The notes: a model not told the origin generated them from the sequence alone. Numbered from the whole stretch's first letter, positions 1 through 13,498 are shown. The stretch: DNA of 62,657 nt, filler included, from Choristocarpus tenellus KU-1152 (GCA_964200185.2; 10 parts of 10 records of this genome joined end to end with filler, not necessarily neighbours in it), one strand, 5' to 3'. Program-made: numbers and translations.

Positions 1-29
1 AAACCACCCCCCCCCCCCAAGATACTTTG
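1..29. mobile_element. MITE family A, terminal fragment
   Basis: Poly-C tract followed by AAGATACTTTG, the same terminus as the other family A copies. Confidence 0.6.
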
Positions 30-189
30 ACCCCATCATCATGATGCTTGTCAGGTGGAATGCAAAGGACAGCATTTTGTTCTGGGGCCTAGACACATAT
101 AATAGGGAGTACCTGGTTCCACTTATCTGAACCCTTCCACCTGCTTGTGAAGACCCTCAGGGTAATGCGCAATATCCCGCCTGGTGGCT

Positions 190-363
190 CAAAGTATCTG
201 AGGGGGGAGTGACAGCTGTCCATTTGTAGTCAGTTTCTTTATGTCGCAATTTTTATGTGATTTGGTTGCATACGTCGGTTGGATAATGTAAGTACACATT
301 TCCTGGTCATGGCCCAAATGGACACCCTGATGTAGATCCCCCACCCCCCACCCCAGATATTTG
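190..363. mobile_element. MITE-like element, family A (~170 bp), full copy
   Basis: TIRs CAAAGTATCTG...CAGATATTTG; internal GTCCATTTG/CCAAATGGAC motifs; homologous in reverse orientation to copies at 9713, 10024 and 60615. Confidence 0.75.
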
Positions 364-1500
364 GATCTGGTGCCAAAAGTGACTGTTGAATTAACCACTA
401 TCTGCCTTGTCTGTGCAGAAACAAAATACCCAGGAGTAATAACGTACCATCAAACAATAAGATCCTTGATCCTTGAGCTATTATTGTTAGTCAATCCTGC
501 CTGGGACAAGTTTTCTTCAGTCTTCTTGGTGGGGAAGGTAAAAAAATACACGAGATAATCTACATTTTATTTTGATCACTGAAACACTATCATGCATAAG
601 AATATAAAAATGAAACAAAATCTCCTCAGAAATACACTGAAGTATATAATGCGTCAAAAAAACACTGTCGGCATGCTTTCCCAGCAACGTCCCAGCGTGC
701 ATGAGAGGAAAACACTTCAAACAAGGGATTTCCAAGCGGTGTTAGGACTTCAAACGTATGGTATTGAGAATCTGCCATACACTCGCGGACCTTTCATACG
801 TAGTATATATGTACATGTATTGGATATCTCACCTTGATTGGTTAGAGGTGAGCTCAACCTTTCGAGACAGGCTCTGACCCCTTCATCTCGTATTCCAATC
901 CCCAGTTTATTTTCCTCATCATCTTCAGCATCATGAGAGAAGGGGAATTTCCTACAGATGGATACACATCCTACTAATCGTGATCTAGGTAGTCACTATG
1001 ACTACAAATTCTATTTCGTATTCCTGTTGTTGTAATGTTCTAAAGTAGAAAAATAAGTGGTGACTAATCGAGATCTGCAAAATAACATTGCCCCCCCCAT
1101 CATTTTCCAATTTGAATCATTATTGACCAACCCAGCACATCGTCCTCTTCTGTAGCATTGTGACCATCTTGACGCCGATGACAGATTGGTTGATGAAAAA
1201 CTTGCAGTGAATCAATACCAGCCACATCATAGAGGTATTTATGTATAGATAGGCAACATAACCAGCACCACGTTGACTCCTAATCATTGAAGTAAACATA
1301 GAATTGACAGAGTTGTCAGAGTAGTATCACTGTGCAATAAGCCCATGGCGGCATGTATTGACATGAAGTATGGAATACATCCGGTCATACGTAAACTTAT
1401 CGACGTAACCTCTAACATCATACCGATCCGCTAATCCGCGATATCTGATTGGGGTGAATCTCTGGTTTGACCTCAAAATCCGGGGGTGCTCATTCTTGAC

Positions 1501-1699
1501 TGAATCTACTTCCCTACTCCTATTCACAAAGTATCAAGCTTCAGATTTGTAACAATACTGACGAAAATATTTACATCAACATTATAACTACCCCAAGTTT
1601 TGGTTGAATCTACTTCCCTACTCCTAGTTTCAAACTTCAGATTTGTAATAATACTGATGGAAATATTTACATCAACATTATTACTAGTCCAAGTTTTGG
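1501..1699. repeat. Two-copy ~100-bp tandem duplication
   Basis: TGAATCTACTTCCCTACTCCTA...CTTCAGATTTGTAA...ATTTACATCAACATTA...CCAAGTTTTGG occurs twice, starting at 1501 and 1605. Confidence 0.85.
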
Positions 1700-1985
1700 G
1701 CGCCTCGGTAATCAAGCAGAAAGTTTTCTGGATGAGTTGGCTACGCACCCAGTGGGGGGGAGAGGGATGGGAGGCTACACCAGGAAAGGACCGATCAGAT
1801 CCCGTTTACGACAGATAGTGTCTGTCACAACACAAGTGGCTCTATCGAGACGTGCCATGCGCTCTAAGTTGGAGACACCAGGGAGATGGGCAAGGAGGGG
1901 CGTGTCAGAATTTTAGGATGCTTCCCTAGCTCCTCACCCTATGGTGTAGGGCTAAGCTAGGTTGGAGGCATAAGAGGGTGTAGCA
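1695..1985 (+). mobile_element. 5'-truncated 3' end of a CRE-like (restriction-like endonuclease) non-LTR retrotransposon
   Basis: Translates FGRLGNQAESFLDELATH...RLRQIVSVTTQVALSRR, resembling the C-terminus of RLE-type LINEs; second copy at 60770-61070. Confidence 0.65.
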
Positions 1986-1989
1986 TAGA

Positions 1990-2340
1990 CAGTCAAATAG
2001 TAAATATATTATAGAAAGAGATCTTCCACATTTATGACAACTGTTGCTTTTACATGAATTCTTATGATATTGAGTTGACTTTTCCCCTCACACATATACA
2101 AAATGTTGGGCATTACAATATAATAGGCCAATAATCAGAGTAGTAGATAATAAGACCCTGTCTGTCAAATCGAGCCAATGGAACGCACATTTGTCCAAAA
2201 ACCTCCTCTATACCCTCTTCTTGATATTGTTCTTATGATATACTAATTTACAGGGATATGAGAAACAAAGCGAAATAGTTGTAGTCTTTTCCCGACATAT
2301 CTATAAAAAGTCAGAGGGCAAAATAACGTATGCCAATGAC
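1990..2340. repeat. AT-rich dispersed repeat, family C
   Basis: CACATTTATGACAACTGTTGCTTTT...GACATATCTATAAAAAGTCAGAGGGCA shared with 39130-40640 and 61140-61280. Confidence 0.6.
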
Positions 2341-2960
2341 TAAATGTAGCCCATGTTATTATAATACCACTAGCCACATCCTAACAATTAATCTGAGATT
2401 ATCACCAGAGAACGTGTAGCTTGAAAGCTGCAGTCGAGGGAGAGAGTATTCGAGTCTGTGAGTGGAGGAAGGATCACATAGGCTTGGGGAAGTAACACAC
2501 CACATTATCGTGACAACACTTCCTCAAGGGCACATGTGCCTATGTAGGTCAAAAGGGTGTGTCATGTGTAAACCATATATTAATACATACATATGAATCA
2601 ATATGTGACTTATTGAGAACAATACAGGTTGTCTGGATCGAAGACAATGGCAACAACAGTTCACAAGATTAAAATTATCTTGATGCAAGTTAGAACACCA
2701 CAAAAAAAAACACCTCATGAACGAGATTCAAAGTAGTACTCATGCTTGTTGCACGCTGCAGTTGATCCAAACAGACGTAACATTTGTGACAATGAAAAAC
2801 AGCAGCAGCAGAGGAAGCCTTTTCAAAAAAACTAAAACCTTAACACAAAATAGATTTAGGATAGTTTTCTAGGTACGATACTTGATTCAAATCCTCTAAT
2901 CCATCACATGACGCACACCCTTCCCACCCTCATTAACAAATAAGGCCGTTTCGACATCCA

Positions 2961-5900
2961 TCATGATAACTGATTCTGCTTCCCAAAGCACATTTCTCGA
3001 ATACGCAATGCATGATGCAGGGACGCCTTGGCAGCTTCCTGCTCGTCCTGAGCAGAAACCCCAGGGCCCAAAAGATTCTTCCTGCTATCCAACAGCTCCT
3101 GCTCCTCAATAGCTGGCTCACAGTCCTCGGCTCCAACCTTTACCTCCCCCTCATTCTGATTGTTCAGATTACATTCATTCCGAGCAGCAATCAACCAAGA
3201 GAGACTTTGACTAAGATCCTGATACAGAGCAGCTATCTCCGGTGTGGCAGCACTGCCACAGATACCTTCTATGCAAGAAAGCGCCAGACATAGGTGTTTT
3301 GCTCTCTTCCTCAGCAAACATACCACACGCAGGCTACAAATATTATTTCCTCTATTTTTCCCTCTACCCACCCTGCTTTCGCTATCACCTCCACACTCCC
3401 TGTCCGATGGAAGAAGTCCCTTACACACACTGGCCATGAGCTGGTGCGCTTGGAGTAATAGCCGGTGGCGAGGGTGAAGCCAACCTTTTCCCCCAGATTG
3501 CTCCAACACACCCTCCAACGTCCTGTAGCCAAGCTCCAAGGCCTCTGGGCTAGGGAATGGACGTTTTGACAGCACTGCAGCCGCAACCCTAATGTTCTGT
3601 TCAGCTACCTCTGAGCAAGACATAAGTCGGGCCTTGGCCACAACATACCCACCTTCTTCTTCCTTCCAACAGAGGGAACACCTTGCTGTACATGTCCTCT
3701 CATCCACAACAGATTTTTCATTCCCAGCATTATCTTCACCTCGGAAGGACTGGAACCCTTTGCTAGCCCCCCCATCCCCCCCCAGGACCACCACAGCACC
3801 CTTGCAGTCACCTGACAGGCACCTGAGGCCATCAATAGCAAGGTCGGCAGCAGCACAAGTAACATTCACAGATTGATTCATAGTGGCCTTCACATCCTCT
3901 GTGTTTTGCATGGGATGGTCAAGAAGAGCTTGGCCACCAAGGAGTCCTGCTGTCATTTCGGCGTGAGTGAGCCCTTGAGCCTCTCTGTCTTCAACATCTT
4001 CACTGTAAGAACATTGCTGGCTCTGAGGAACACTTCCTAACCCCTCACATGCAGGCACACCACCAGTGCATAATGGAGTGTCACCATCAAACAAGGCAGC
4101 ATTACAGCTGCTGGCAGTGGACTTAACTGCAGTTCCCCTGCCACCATCAGAGGCTAACATAGCAAAGGAGAGGGCGTCCACCTCCTCGCAGCGTTGGCAC
4201 ATACACCTGAAAAAGTAAGCACGCTCAAGGAGCATCCTACGCACTGAGGTTGGCTGATAAAGATCAATGTATGAGTATGCCAATTCAGCACCAGTTGTTA
4301 CTGTCCTAGTAGCCCTGAACACCAACCGGGGGGGCTGGGGTGAAGGAGCTCCATCACCCATCAACCGGAAGGCATGGTGGCAATTGGGAATGCACGAGTG
4401 ATTGACCATGGACGCCAGCGGGAACAGGCCGAGACCAAGCACAATCTTGTCGTTGTCATGTATGGCATGGGCATTACACTGAACCGTGAAGAACAATGAT
4501 GTCAAATGGCGGCGAGAGAGCCCTGAGTCTGGAGGGAGTATTGTGACTACCCATGGCAGGAGAAGGAAGAGCAGTGAAGTGAAAAAAAAGTGTCAGATTT
4601 TGCATTTGTGAGTGGCAACTAGTTCATTCAGAAAATCTAAGAAATCCAGAAAAATCGAACAGATGGTTTTGGGGTATGTACACTATGTGACAATGCAAAG
4701 CAATAGGGAAGCTTCTCATCCCCATGCAGGACAATATTATCTACATTTTGACCTTCAAATATAGGCAACTCCAACATTTGTTTATGGCTGCCTGGCAGGA
4801 AGGCAAAGTACATTTCATGTTTTTCATCATTTCTGGGCTGTGTTGATGTTTTTAGAACAGTGGAGGTGTCTAATGGTTGTTGACAGGATCAAACCTATCA
4901 CCAGTTTAAACATCTTCAATACATGTGAATGTGCCGCAACAAATTTTCAAGACTATTGAATCTACTACAGCAGGAAAACAAAAGCATCAAAACATCACCT
5001 GAGAGCTTGGACAACTGACACAACCAGAGTAACAAAATCAAGCTTCAACCCGAACAAAACTTGAGTCAAGGAAACGAAGTAAACTTTTCTCCGTATGTGT
5101 GGTCGCTACGTTGCGTTGGATTCATTTACAAATGGAATCCTTATCACTGGAGGAAGGGCAGTCATATGCAGCTGACTGACCAGAGCCATCACAGCCTTCG
5201 CCCTACTCTGAAGTAAATAAAGTTGTTGGAAGCCAACACGTAGCCCCTCAAAATATACATACATGTATACGCAGACGTCCTTAGAACCAGGCGGTTGCCA
5301 GATATATCAAGGAGCAAACAAAAAAGATCTGGATATGTTTGAAATGCTAAGAAAGAGATGAACTTCGAGAAATGTCTTCTGTATCATTACTCCAGATACC
5401 TTAGACGATAAAATCGACTTGAAGCAAATCGCAAAGGATTTTACAGTTGTACTATGATATGAGGCTGTACTACCGCTTCGCTAAGAACTTCCATCAATGG
5501 GCAATGCCCCTTCTGGGATATTATATCATTCACAGACCTCTAGCGAAAAGTGGTAAACTGCCGGTCATGGTTGCAGTACCCCCTCCACGCATCAGAGAAC
5601 CAGAAATACATGCTTGGAGTTGACTCTGAAGATTTGCTCTCAGATACTGATATACTTGACTCACCAAGTGCGCGCGCGACTTGCTTGACAGCATCCCGCA
5701 CGGGAACGGGCGCGTCCTTGGCGTGACTCTCGAGAGTGGTGATTTGACTGAATCTGCAATTGCCACAACTCATTACAACAGAATCTGACATAAATGTCAT
5801 CGTGGCATCCTCCTCTTGCCCTTTCCCACACGAAGTACTAGGTCCTTTTTTCTCCGCGGCTAGGCAGGCCGCTATTCGCAATAGAAGGCGAAGGGTGGTG

Positions 5901-6629
5901 GTGCTCTCCCCCTCAGCCATGGCAAGCTTGTCCAGACTTGACAGTGACTGGCACTCTCCCCCATCCAAATGGGCTGTCGCGTCCTGCAGAGCACAACGAC
6001 GGCTGCAGTAGCAGGCCTTGTTGCAGCTTCCACATGAGTAGCAAGCATCATATACACATGAAGCAAAGCAGAGATGACACCTAACCTGGGGATTGCAGTA
6101 GTGAGGATTGTTAAAAATACCTTATCCATAGTCAGTTCAGCAATACTGACACCAACGATTCAATCCACTACTATGCTCACGTTACAAAGCGGCACATGAG
6201 CTCATACACACTAGACGTGAATACCTTGAGGTATTCGTCCGCCACCACCGCAGCGTATGGAAGGGACTCCAGTAGAAGAGCCCCACCTACCTGAGGGGAG
6301 GTAGGACAAGAATTGACACCAAATAACATTTTTTGCTGGCATTTGCGGTGCTCTTAGGGCCAGAGTGGATGTCATCATTCTCTACGGACTGAAAGAGATA
6401 GCATTGCTAGCTGGGTATTGCCACTCTCCCACGGATGAAGGGGGTGATATTCTCCTGTGCGGACTGTGTTAGTGCATTGGAAGGGCTAGCGATTGTCTAG
6501 GTTCACACGCCACCAGAGCAACACACCTCTCAGCTCACGATCTGCCACTACATGTCGCCCGTTTGTCGAGGACCTCACAAGTCGTATCGGGAATGAGGAG
6601 CAATCGTCAGCTACACCGATCGCCTCCAT
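2961..6629 (-). CDS. SET and MYND domain (SMYD-type) protein lysine methyltransferase, 4 exons: 6629-6527, 6286-6225, 6085-5665, 4546-2961 (~723 aa)
   Basis: Phase-consistent GT-AG splicing gives SET-N (GRHVVADRELR..LLLESLPYA), MYND finger (CHLCF..CGSCNKACYCSRRC..H), SET-C (GLFPLASMVNHSCIPNC..ELAYSYID) and post-SET (YFFRCMCQRC). Confidence 0.9.
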
Positions 6630-9600
6630 TTCTTTTTTCACTCTCCAAGTTCACCCTTTCATCCCCCACAACCTTGCCCTTTCGTTTTTGTCTTTGGTCT
6701 GTTCGTCTGTTTGTCAATTTGTTTGTTTTTCGAATTTTACGTTTATCTCGATATTTTCGCAGTTCTTTTTCTGAGGATATATCAATAGTATATCAATGAG
6801 TTTTAAGATGCGAAATACTACTGTACTTCTCCATCCACCATCAGTAAGAAAGTACCAACGAAGTTCTTCGCTTTGTTCAGGTCACTGAGTACACTGTCGT
6901 TCCCAGCTATATATTTTTTGTGGAATGGATAACTATTCTGACATATAGAGAAAATAACTGGGTAGCTCCTCCCAGCCACTCATCATCTATTCCGGGGTGA
7001 TAATATCATCATTATATATGGAAAAAGAGAACGATGTACGTCTATGACCATCATTAGTTACTATCATATTGAGGTATTAGAACATGATATTGTATGTATA
7101 TATATAGGACGTGGAGGTTCCCTCCTATCACCTCCGACGGTAATATTGGAAAGGAAAAAATATAGTGAATGATCCGCACATATCGCAGGACGTGGAGTTT
7201 CTTTCACTTTGCGTTCTTCTCTAGGTGAGAACCTTTTCTTTGATCACACGTCGAAATATGACTTCGTTGATTGCGATGGTTGAGTGGTAAATTTTGGTAG
7301 TAACACCTTCCACTCCCCTTCGCCTACCACTTCACTAGTACCTTTCACCATTACTTGAAGGCGTAATACCTGCAAAGAACAGTAAGTGGAGGTTATATAC
7401 TATTCTTGATTTACTGTTTGTCCAATATTAATGCACTTGGTATGATACAATGATGTGATATAATTGACTGTTGTGTATCTCTAAAGTACTTTGGAAGGCG
7501 TCTGTTTCTTGTTATGAAATATAGATGTTAATGCCGTCTGTTCATACATACACGAGTGCTAGAGGTCTAAAACACCACTAATGTAAGGCAAGGAAGTCTT
7601 CATTATTACTGCAACTACTCCGTGCCCTGATAGGTTCCAATATCTCTTGACGTAGAGAGGTGGTGGTTTTGTATTATCAGGGGTCCATCCACAAAGCGGA
7701 CAATGTAGTTTGGTCCAACCAGTCAAGGCTATTCACAGCGAGTGAGCCCGATTCCTTGTCACCAGCCGTGGCTCCTTTTGTTGAAAATGAATGTGCCTGT
7801 GCCAATAGTAGGGAAAGGTTCATCCTGCTGACCTATGAGTATTCTCACCTCGTCCTTTGACAACCATATAATCTAAATGGGACAGATACCTTACACAGTA
7901 GAGCAGGTGTAGCACTTCATCAATGAGGTACTTCCAGTGTTCTGAGAGTCAACATACTCCACAAGGTCCAATACCCGCAAATCTTTGGAAGATTTATTTT
8001 CTAAAACCTTTAAAGGTTTTGGCACCTGTCCTTGTTGAAGTCTTCCACACTAAGGTGATAGTCTGTAATGAGTTTCCTTGACACCTGATGTTGTAGCCGG
8101 TTCTTGATTACTCCAAGCAGGAGAGGACATGATTCAAGCTCGAAGTCTTCTACAAAGCTATTGCTCTCCTCTTTGTCTGACTCCAGCAATGGTCCAATAA
8201 ATCAAGGTTACCTACCAAGGGGAAGCATGCTGCGCTCCCTCTGCCTTAACTTACACAACCTCGACATGGACTCTGTCTACTCGCGCTCACTCTTTATCAC
8301 CTCCATTTAGTCGTGTCCAAACAAAGGCTGCGCTGCACCAATAGCCATCTAGTTTCTCTCGTTTCACTGTTCCAGTGCATTCTTCCCCACAACACGGCTG
8401 GAATGGAGTAGGTCCCTGATGTCCCATCAACTCATCAACACTGCTTGCCTAACCACCATTACACGCCGAGAAAAATGCACAAAACCCTACGGGGTGCTTG
8501 CTTGTCGTAACATTTGTAAAGACAGATCAAAAATTCCCGAGCTAAACAACTTGATTTCTTTCCTGCAACGTCAAAAGCTCACAATTAATATCATTATAGC
8601 TATAATGATTATATAACGGCGGTTGACTCTGTGAAAATAGGCTATTATCAACTAAATTACATTCAACTAGAAGATCCAACTACCTCCGTAACTATGCTTC
8701 AGGGGTACATCTAACTATACCTCGTATAGCTAATTAGAAACCAACAAAGGAGATGTAAAATAGGGTAAAAGAAATACTGCCTATTATAGTAATGGTCAAA
8801 TTGTGCTGGTGTCCAAATATAGCGAAGCACCTGTTGTGTAGTAAGGCATCTGTTTATTCTTTTCGAATTTGTACAACCAAATGGTTGTTGGATTGTAGGA
8901 AGAACTTTTTACCAGCACCATAGATTCTCATCTCATATCAATTGTGTTCTCGTGTATATAGCTTCTACCTTCCCCACGACAACAACTACTGCAAATAATA
9001 ACAATTTGCTTGTCGTCGTTGGGAGTTGTGCATATGGTACAAGGACATACCACAATGCTGTTCTGCCTACAGACACTTATCAGTACTGTTGTTGAAATTA
9101 CATTATACTGAATCACCCTTACTGGCTCAATGTGTTTTCAGACTATTCTATTGGTTGGTGTGTGTCAATGCTACTTTCAGTGTCACACCCACCCTACTCT
9201 GTACGTTCTATAATATCAACAATCAATATCAGGTCGTACGTTGTTGTGAGCCAATGACAGGATGCATTCACCACACCAACTCCCCAACCCTCTCTTGGTC
9301 TCTTTAGTTAGTATTTAGCTTGGAATAACTCTGCTAGTCGTTATATTGCAGCAATATTCGATGAAGCGAACCGCTGAATAATATTCTCTAAACAAAAAAA
9401 TAATGGAAACACAATAGTTATTCTAAATTGGTGCTCATTTCCTCTGGCTACATTAAATATGTATACACACTACCATACTCGTACTGCCACTAGCACTAGT
9501 ACTACTACTAGTACGCTGGTGCTGGTGTTAGTGGTGCTGGTGTTGGTGCGGGTGCTTCTACAAGTTCCGCATTAAGGGCAGGGGAGGACTTCTTCATTGT

Positions 9601-9712
9601 CGGATTTCAAGACACTATCTACACTGTCATAACAATAGTATTAGAAGTAATACGAAGAGTGAATGGGGCATTGCGTTGGACTGGTTCCCATAATACAGCT
9701 TGTCTTCCGACC

Positions 9713-9875
9713 TAAAGTATCTGGGGGGAGGGGGAGGTCTAGACCAAGGTGTCCATTTGGCCCAAAATCAGGAAAAGTGAATTTACATTATCCATCCGAC
9801 ATATGCAACCAAATCACCCAAAAGTCGCGACATGAAAAACGTGACCCCAAATGGACAGCTGCCACCCCCCCCCCC
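9713..9875. mobile_element. MITE family A copy, truncated at the contig end
   Basis: TAAAGTATCTGGGG...GTGTCCATTTGG...CCAAATGGACAGC followed by poly-C. Confidence 0.75.
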
Positions 9876-9975
9876 NNNNNNNNNNNNNNNNNNNNNNNNN
9901 NNNNNNNNNNNNNNNNNNNTTAATTAATTAANNNNNNNNNNNNNNNNNNNNNNNNNNNNNNNNNNNNNNNNNNNN
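9876..9975. other. Artificial contig spacer (N44-TTAATTAATTAA-N44)
   Basis: The same 100-bp spacer, with stops in all six frames, recurs at 15922, 20363, 25107, 40789, 43609, 47941, 56684 and 59404. Confidence 0.98.
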
Positions 9976-10023
9976 CCAAAAAAAAAAAACACGTCAAAGA
10001 AACGCCCGGTTATTATTCAAGAA

Positions 10024-10191
10024 GGGGGGGGGGGGGGGGGGGGGTCTACACCAGGGTGTTCATTTTGGTCATAACCAAGATAAGTGCACCTACATTATTC
10101 ATCCGAAGCATGCAACCAAATTACCCCCAAATCGCAACATCAAGAAAATTGGCCCCAATTGGACAGCCGCCACCCTCCCTCAGATACTTTG
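10024..10191. mobile_element. MITE family A copy
   Basis: Poly-G, then TCTACACCAGGGTG...GGACAGCCGCCACCCTCCCTCAGATACTTTG. Confidence 0.75.
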
Positions 10192-11619
10192 CGCCTCAGT
10201 CAATTGCTGCTGTCGTTGTGGAAGACCTTCAACATGCCTTTGTTTCGAACTCTCAAGGTGATGTCCCTGTGACTATATCTACTGTTCATGCCATAGTATC
10301 TTAGAGGGAGGGTCACGTGTCCATCGGGGGCATTATATTATAACCTTGTAGCGATTTTAATGCAACATGTAAGATATGAGGGTAATTTTCTTTCTGGAAG
10401 CACCTTTCTTTTCCACTCCCCTGCCTGAACCAAATTCAAAGAAAAATCACGTGCAAAACGGGCATCAAAACTGGGGAGTTTTCCAATACCTCATCAAGTC
10501 CAGAATGGACGACCTAGGGTAATCTCCCCCCCCCCTCTAGGATAGTATGGGTCTTGCTGACCTGATACAGGATCTGACTCCACCAAAAAGAGTAGTAGTG
10601 ATGAAAGTTTGAATCCGTTTTCAAGGCGAACTCATCGATGACTTCTCTACTGGGATGTTAATGTTATTTCCCTTACATTTTGCACAAATTATTGTCAATC
10701 GCACCCAAATAGATATTTTGAATGATCCATACATATTATGGGTGGTGAGGGCTTTATTCCTTTTTGTCGAGCACAGAATGGACATCCCCATGCACCTCGT
10801 TTTTCATCTCCTAACATGCTTTCACCATGCCTTGAAAAAGAGAAATTGATGTGAATACTCAGAATGGTCATTAATTGGTTTGGATCCTTTTGTCTTAAGC
10901 AGGAAATTGTTGAGATCCCTCCATCCTCTCAATGGTTTGCCCCCTGAAGTAAATAAGATATTATTGGACTTGGGCTCACCCGGTGGGGGGAGATAGTATT
11001 CCTCATAGGCAGGCGTATAATTTCTGCTCTACGAACGTCCAAAACATTGGAACTGGAAGACAACGAGACCTCATCACTCCAGATCTCCAGATGTTAGGGT
11101 TACTAGCAATAATGCATGAAGACGAGAAGGTAATTCCTTTTGCCTCAAAATGGAATAGGCAGCGTGCAGATTCCTCAAAGTGGAAGTGGATCACCCGTTC
11201 CAGACAAGAACAGGATACACGACCTATTGCTTTCAGGAAACTGAGGCAATAAATCAAGGTAATGGTCCACCCTAAAAGGTAACTATTGATCCAATTCCTT
11301 AAAGCCCTTCGACTAAGTGCAGTGAGCCAAAGTAAACGAAAAGTACACAGGTTTATGCCGTTTTGCACTTTAAGTCGGTTTGTCAATCTTTGCAATTCAC
11401 CCATATTTCTATGAATGAAGTGCTAGACTTGACTTGAGAGTGTTGATTTCTCAATTAATTGAAAATTTTCGACATAATTCAGAAAACATCCTATACGCAT
11501 TTCAAAAAAAGGTCGAATCTCGCACATATTTGTCAGCATCATTACAATGCAACTCTGTCTGAGTACCTCTCATTTATGGTAAAAATAAATATGTAGTCCC
11601 ATCATGGATATGATTTCGG

Positions 11620-11885
11620 GGTAGTTGCAACCCTGTGGAGGATAAGCTTTCAAGGGACTCCTTCAAATTGGCCACATGAACATTTATGGGATACCACTAG
11701 GAGCAATCTTTGGGGTTCCAACCCTGTAGAGGACTACCTTTAAAGGAACTCCAAATTGGGGACAGGAACAAACATTTATGGGATACCCAGAAAATTATTT
11801 TTAACATGACATTGTTCCGTTATGAACCAATTTGAGGTTCCAACCCAGTAGACGAAACCCTTTCAAGGGACTTCCTCAAAATGGC
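11620..11885. repeat. Three degenerate ~95-120-bp tandem units
   Basis: CAACCC(T/A)GT..A..A...CTTT(C/A)AAGG(G/A)ACT....CAAA..GG recurs at ~11628, ~11719 and ~11841; CATTTATGGGATACC occurs twice. Confidence 0.6.
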
Positions 11886-12329
11886 TATGTGAATGTGCTT
11901 GAGATACTGAGATGACTCATTTTCTTTTCTCCCATGGGACTGTCTCCCATCTTATGCTGGCCAGCCATTTGTCTTTGTTTCTCGTGTTCAGACAGAGCCC
12001 ATACTGGGGGAGGGGGGGGGGTGATATAACGGACAGGTCCCGTTGGGACCTGATCTGAGTCGAACCCATTTCCGCGCTGTATTACAAACATCTTTCTTTG
12101 TCATTGGCAATGTTATAATCAACATCAATCACAGGTATTTCCTGAGAATAGACAGACCACTTGCTGTTGATGGTCAAAGATATATGATGTCATCAACCAG
12201 ATCCGAGATTCAACTCAGGTTCATCCCAAGATTTGATGATGGTGGAACGTTTGCTCAAGAAACCCCCCTCTGACAACTGGTGACGAAAAACACCCCTCAG
12301 GACTAATTGGATCCTGCCTCATGACACTA

Positions 12330-12830
12330 CGTTGTGTTTGGTGTTTGGAAATCTGGGGTGATTTGTGTAAATATAAAATCATACGTTCAACTTCAACTCT
12401 TCATGCACATGTGCCTCCTGACATTCTCATTGCACATCCATATGAATTTGTCGATAGGTTCTTTATGAACTCGAACAAAACAGGTCAAGTACTGATTGGA
12501 AAGAGTACTACCTATATACACATACCACCTCAAGTTAGACAGTTCACACACAAAAGAATTGGACAGTTGGACTACTACAACACGTACTGGACATTGATCT
12601 GTCAGAAAAAAAGTTTGACCAGCAGACACGATCTGGGCTTGTTCGAGAATTATCAACCCGGTCTGGTCGGCAGATGTGAACCAGTACAATACCCAGTGGA
12701 CATGGTCTGGACATGTTAGACCCGATCCAGCCTTGACACGGACAGGGACACGACAGATGATTGGCACTAGTCGAGCCGGCAGACAAGACCATTCTATTTG
12801 CACTCCCGTAAAAAGTCTACTTTTTCTCTT
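12330..12830. repeat. Dispersed repeat family D; inverted homolog at 48230-48860
   Basis: TGGACATGGTC(T/C)(G/A)GACATGTTAGA, AGAAAAAAAGTTTG and GGTGATTTGTG blocks match the reverse complement of 48230-48860. Confidence 0.5.
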
Positions 12831-13264
12831 TTTGCTGAGGGAAAAAGTCTCAGTTATTTTATGTCACCAAAAAAAAAAAATCTAGAAATTAATAACCGCG
12901 TTATGTGTCAGTCACCCTTCATGATGTATCACTAGATAAACTCTCACAATCTATTGACACTACCATGTGGTGGATTGGAAAGATAACGAGGATCCTGGCA
13001 TTCCACAGGTGAACCAAAGCCTGCCCTCATCATCTATCAGCGCAGGGTGTTGCATTCATTGCAAAAATCAGGACCCTTGCATTCCACAGGGGAGTCCTAG
13101 CGGTTACACTATGGTGCCTAGAAGTTGAGAGGTCAGTTTGGAGATTGACTCATAGAGATTGTAATAATCTCAAGCTGATTGTGTCCAATGAAGCAACAGA
13201 TTCTCCCATATACTAGTGGGTGGGTACTGTGTGTGGCACCCCATGGTCTCAGATTCACACAATT

Positions 13265-13498
13265 CAAAGATTGCCTAGTATCTTAGAGGGTACGAGTTTT
13301 TCCCTGGTTGTCCATTTGGGGCTTGACTGCCCACAGGTTTTTAATGACATTTTACTTACTCCAAAATAGTTCGGAGTAGGTAGAATGTGTACGTTATGGA
13401 AAGGAGTGTCCGGAAAAAGGACATTGACATCTCCAAACAAAAATGATACCAAGAATTCGGTCGCCAAATGGACGCTGCTCTACCCTCTAAGATACTTG
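13265..13498. mobile_element. MITE-like element, family B (~230-280 bp)
   Basis: TIR AGTATCTTAGAGGGTA...TACCCTCTAAGATACT; homologs at 14101, 31959, 36133, 43381 and 47429. Confidence 0.8.

Noticed and set aside
7130-8600. Coding-like - strand sequence upstream of the SMYD gene
   Set aside because: Multiple stops in every frame and no recognisable motif; may be a decayed gene or transposon but cannot be supported.
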